From an uncultured Bacteroidales bacterium (GTDB taxonomy: Bacteria; Bacteroidota; Bacteroidia; Bacteroidales; UBA932), in contig CAMMYY010000018.1 of the NCBI GenBank assembly GCA_946529105.1, forward strand, positions 7,896 through 71,895: 64,000 bases of DNA. Reading direction: 5' to 3'. Below the pieces are notes generated by a model, which had not been told where the DNA came from, ran no database searches, and saw only the letters and a program-made list of their open reading frames with translations. Numbering within the stretch: position 1 is the first letter of the stretch; each line of letters begins with the position of its first letter. Shown here piece by piece: positions 60,381-64,000 of this stretch. The position numbers and the translations under genes are program-made.

Positions 60381-61139
60381 TTACTGTTGGTTTATGCGTT
60401 TGAAAATCCGCTGCAGCGCGGCAGGGTCACCGGAAGCATGCAGGGAGACCGAAAACGGACCGGCCCCGACAGGAATGCCCCTTTCCCCGAGGATGCGCAC
60501 TGTCTGGCGGGCAACCGCGGGAGCCGGGTCTATGACCTGGACGTCCGGACCGCAGAGCCGCTCGATAAGCGGTTGAAGGAAAGGATAATGCGTACAGCCG
60601 AGGACAATCCTGTCGGCCCCGGCATCCAGCAGGGGCTGAAGGGAGGCCGATACGGTTTCTTGGGCCTCGGGGCCATCCAGGATGCCGTTTTCCACCAATT
60701 CCACAAAGCCCTGTCCTACATGTTCCACAATGGTGACATCGTCCTGAAAACGGCCGCGGGTGTTCAGGTATTTGGAACCTTTGAGCGTGCCGGCTGTCGC
60801 AAGGACGCCGATAACGCCTGTCTTCGTGCCCAGCGCCGCCGGTTTGACAGCGGGTTCCATGCCGATAAACGGCACATCCGGATATTCGGCGCGGAGGGTG
60901 GCGATAGCGGCAGCCGTAGCGGTGTTGCAGGCGACCACGATAATATCGGCCCCTTTGTCCAGAAGCCACTCTGTAATGTATCGGGCCCGGCGCTGGATAT
61001 ACAGGGCCGTTTTTTCACCGTAAGGGCAATGGGCATTGTCGGCAAAGAAGAGATAGCGCTCCTGAGGGAGCACTTTTACCAGCTCCCTGTAGACGGACAG
61101 TCCGCCGCATCCGGAATCAAATATGCCGATGGTTGCCAT
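60381..61139 (-). CDS. murI: Glutamate racemase
   Basis: FDSG.GGLSV, PYG, ACNTAT, LGCTHYP. Confidence 0.96.
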   Translation of the reverse strand: MATIGIFDSGCGGLSVYRELVKVLPQERYLFFADNAHCPYGEKTALYIQRRARYITEWLLDKGADIIVVACNTATAAAIATLRAEYPDVPFIGMEPAVKPAALGTKTGVIGVLATAGTLKGSKYLNTRGRFQDDVTIVEHVGQGFVELVENGILDGPEAQETVSASLQPLLDAGADRIVLGCTHYPFLQPLIERLCGPDVQVIDPAPAVARQTVRILGERGIPVGAGPFSVSLHASGDPAALQRIFKRINQQ

Positions 61140-61143
61140 GTAT

Positions 61144-62694
61144 TTACTCAGTTTTTCCCCAGGTTTCGTCGATGGCGGACCGGGACAGGGAATCGGCCGT
61201 GTCCGTGAGGCCGGGATAGTAATGGCAATGCACGCCGGCGCAGACGTCGTATGCCGTGTGGACCGGACCGTCAGGGACAGGTTCCGGGGTACGGTGTTCC
61301 AAGTACGTCACCAAAGCAGGCGTTCCGGCAAATTCCGGGCCCGACTGCACGTGACGGCAATTCCGGCGGGCTTCCATCTGCCGGATGAGCGACGTGCGGA
61401 TGGCGACGGCCTGTTGTTTGCGGACGTCGGCCGGATACTGGGAGATGACGCTCAGGAGATAGTCTTCCATGCCTATCTGATTGACGGCCTGCACCTGACC
61501 GGCATGGGGGATCAGTTTCAGTGTACCTGCATAACGATGCTCACCGTCGGGGGTCCAGAGGACAAACGACGGCTCGGCAAACAGGGTGGAGACGGTGACG
61601 GCTTCGAAGACCAGTTCGTCGTACAGGGCGCCGTTATAGTCGATCTTCCCTTCACGGTAGGTGACTTTCTGCGGACCGGCACCGTCCGAAATAATCTCAA
61701 AAACAAGCTCCGGTGCCCGCAGGATGCCCACTTCCACACGGGGCTGGGTGCGCACCAGGCGCCACAGGAGGCGGGATTCGTCGGCCTCGGAGAGCGTGAC
61801 GTCGTCGTAAATCTGACGGAGGACGTCGGGGGTTATGCGGTCGAAGTCGGCATCTTCGGGGACGACGACGAAGCCGGCCATGTCGGCCGCGCCGGGAGAA
61901 ATGCTGAAATGGGATTCCCCTTCCGCGTCAAAACACTGCGGCCGGGAAGCGCTGCGGAGCGTAACGACGGCGCGAAATTCCCCTTCGGCGCAATAGGCCA
62001 GGGCATTGAAACGGGGCTCCGTCTCCTCGGCCACCAGGTTCAGACAGTCCAGGAGGCGGTAGAACTGCTTGGCCATGGACTTGGAGGTAGTCGCCCGCAG
62101 GAAGAAGATGCCACGGGTGAAACGCTTGTAATGATACAGCTGGGCATCCCGCACCGAGCCGATGAACTCTACTTCGGAGGGATCGGCAGGCGTACCCGAG
62201 GCGATGGCGCGCAAGACCCTGTCGGCCACTCTTTCCAGCGGCATATAGCCTTTGGGGCAGGCCTGGAAATGGGCATGACCCGGAACGGAGGTGCCGCTGT
62301 TGGGGCTGTTGTAAAAGACCACATATCCGTCCAGCGAGGCGGCCAGGGAAAGCATATCCGGAAAACGGTGCCAGATGGTCTGAGGGACATGGACGTCCCG
62401 GGTGATGACCAGATGGTTCGGGAAAATGGGCGCCCGGTTCACCAGAATATTGTATTTGCGGCCTTTGCGGCCTTCGAACGGAAGGGTATGCTGATTGGCA
62501 AGGTAATTCTCTTCGCACAGCGGGCAGCCATGGTCAAAAATGGGCAGGCGGCCGGGGTTGGACTGCAAGGTCACGAGCAGACCGCCGAAGGGAAGCGTCC
62601 GGGTGCGGGTACTCTTCAGGGCACGATACTTGGCGGCGATACCCGGCCAGACGGAGAGCTGGTCGTGTACGAATTTATCGATGTCTGTTGCCAT
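61144..62694 (-). CDS. DUF4922 (HIT-like phosphorylase fold) fused to a truncated SpoIID/LytB-like domain
   Basis: NPGR, CPLC, YN....G...PGHAHFQ, PGAADMAG; C-terminal AVN....EDYL.SVIS and DVCA..HC..Y.G; ATG at 62694. Confidence 0.72.
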   Translation of the reverse strand: MATDIDKFVHDQLSVWPGIAAKYRALKSTRTRTLPFGGLLVTLQSNPGRLPIFDHGCPLCEENYLANQHTLPFEGRKGRKYNILVNRAPIFPNHLVITRDVHVPQTIWHRFPDMLSLAASLDGYVVFYNSPNSGTSVPGHAHFQACPKGYMPLERVADRVLRAIASGTPADPSEVEFIGSVRDAQLYHYKRFTRGIFFLRATTSKSMAKQFYRLLDCLNLVAEETEPRFNALAYCAEGEFRAVVTLRSASRPQCFDAEGESHFSISPGAADMAGFVVVPEDADFDRITPDVLRQIYDDVTLSEADESRLLWRLVRTQPRVEVGILRAPELVFEIISDGAGPQKVTYREGKIDYNGALYDELVFEAVTVSTLFAEPSFVLWTPDGEHRYAGTLKLIPHAGQVQAVNQIGMEDYLLSVISQYPADVRKQQAVAIRTSLIRQMEARRNCRHVQSGPEFAGTPALVTYLEHRTPEPVPDGPVHTAYDVCAGVHCHYYPGLTDTADSLSRSAIDETWGKTE

Positions 62695-62729
62695 AACTGG
62701 GTAAAGATACGGCTTTTTAGGGAGAAAAC

Positions 62730-63320
62730 CTACAGCAGCGCCATCAGCTGATCCCGAATCGCAGAGAATTCCTGCTCGAAGTTGGGGGTGATGATTCCCT
62801 TGCCGAAAGCCTCTTCCAGCTGGGGGACGCTCCACCATCGGCCCTCCGTGACTTCCGGATTGTCGGGATGCAGGTCCGGATGGCCGACCATGGCATAGAC
62901 GGCAATGAGTTCGTTGTCCCGCTTGGTCTGGAAGATATAGGTCTTCAGAAACTGCGGGTTGAAGGCCGTGAGTCCCAGTTCCTCGCCGGCCTCGCGGAAA
63001 AGGGCTTCCTCTACCTGCTCACCGTAAGAAATGTGTCCGCCAACGGCTGTGTCCCAGTAACCGGGATAGAGGTTTTTGAGCCGGGAGCGCTTCTGCAGGT
63101 AGATATTGCCCATCCGGTCCACGATGTGCAGATGGACCACCGGATGCAGGGCATGCGAACCGCCATGGCACCAAGCGCGGGGAGCCTGACCGTAAACAAG
63201 GCCGTTGGGCTCGATCAAGGGCAGCATTTCCCCTTTGGGAAAAGGCTGCTTGCCGGGCCGGTCGATGGAAGGGCGCGGATACAGCGGCGCGGGGTCGGAA
63301 GGGTAGACGAGGTCGAACAT
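62730..63320 (-). CDS. NUDIX hydrolase (IDI-like)
   Basis: LHPVVH, LQKRS, PGYWD; Nudix box GGH...GE.VEEALFREAGEELG. Confidence 0.88.
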   Translation of the reverse strand: MFDLVYPSDPAPLYPRPSIDRPGKQPFPKGEMLPLIEPNGLVYGQAPRAWCHGGSHALHPVVHLHIVDRMGNIYLQKRSRLKNLYPGYWDTAVGGHISYGEQVEEALFREAGEELGLTAFNPQFLKTYIFQTKRDNELIAVYAMVGHPDLHPDNPEVTEGRWWSVPQLEEAFGKGIITPNFEQEFSAIRDQLMALL

Positions 63321-63321
63321 C

Positions 63322-64000
63322 TTAGGCAAAGGCGATAAGGATAAGAACCTGGGCTACCAGCACACGCATGAACATGGACAGCGGGTATACTGTGGCGTAA
63401 TTGACGGAAGTGTAGTCGCTTCCGTACATTCCCTGGGCAAAAGCCAGCACCGGAGGATTGGTGCAGGATCCGCTGATGATGCCGCAGATCTGGTAGAAAT
63501 TCAGATGGCACACGGCACGCGCCACGATAAAGGTAATGCACAGGGGAACGATGGTAATCAGGGCGCCATACAGGATCCACCAGTAACCGCCACCCACGAT
63601 GGAACTCCAGAACGTTCCGCCGGCACCGATACCCACTGCCGCCAGGAACAGGGAAATGCCGATTTCCCGGATCATCAGATTGGCGCTGGTGGTGGTATAA
63701 GTGGTAATCTTATGCTTGGGGCCGAAGTGACCCAGCAGGATGGCGATAATGAGCGGACCGCCGGCCAGGCCCAACTTGATGGCCTGGGGAATGCCGGGGA
63801 AACGGATGGGAATGGAGCCGAAGATGATTCCGATGACGATGCCCAGGAAGATCGGCACCAGATTGGGCTTGTTGAGGGCGTCATTGGAGTTACCCACTCG
63901 TTGGGCCAGATGCTCGATATTGGCTTCCGTTCCCACGCACATAAGGCCGTCACCCATCTGCAGGAAGAGGTTGGGGCTGGCGACCAGCTCCACGCCGGCA
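63322..64000 (-). CDS. YidE/YbjL (AspT-type) transporter, 5' partial
   Basis: LGLAGGPL, REIGISLFLAAVG, TNPPVL, YATVYPL. Confidence 0.88.
   Translation of the reverse strand, partial: AGVELVASPNLFLQMGDGLMCVGTEANIEHLAQRVGNSNDALNKPNLVPIFLGIVIGIIFGSIPIRFPGIPQAIKLGLAGGPLIIAILLGHFGPKHKITTYTTTSANLMIREIGISLFLAAVGIGAGGTFWSSIVGGGYWWILYGALITIVPLCITFIVARAVCHLNFYQICGIISGSCTNPPVLAFAQGMYGSDYTSVNYATVYPLSMFMRVLVAQVLILIAFA

Overview
GC-rich Bacteroidales chromosomal segment. The lineage is inferred from SusC/SusD genes, TAnnTTTG promoters, A-rich non-Shine-Dalgarno starts and gyrA-TPR/clpC synteny; an uncultured gut or rumen group is likely. 1-19.8 kb: a CAZyme-free SusC/D locus built around glycerophosphodiester catabolism, with glpT, a BACON lipoprotein, SusD, a SusC fused to an OmpA-like peptidoglycan-binding domain, two calcineurin-like phosphoesterases (one fused to a GDPD), an SGNH esterase and an Omp85-barrel/lipase/glpK/glpF operon. 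19.9-31.2 kb: hut operon with a GH28-like gene, and rhaBAT. 31.3-64 kb: mostly housekeeping genes (greA, RluA family, leuS, phoH, gyrA, clpC, pncBA, UvrD/PcrA, prfB, murI). Other notable signals: an intact tRNA-Pro with the rare A34 anticodon AGG; a palindromic REP-like element translated inside rhaB, with a near-identical half copy overlapping the hutU start; an apparently dead M28 peptidase fused to TonB_C; an unannotated 41-aa ORF with its own promoter; a 5'-deleted Lrp gene; and prfB lacking its programmed frameshift. No CRISPR array, rRNA, IS or prophage was seen. All calls come from motif recognition by eye; no searches were run.
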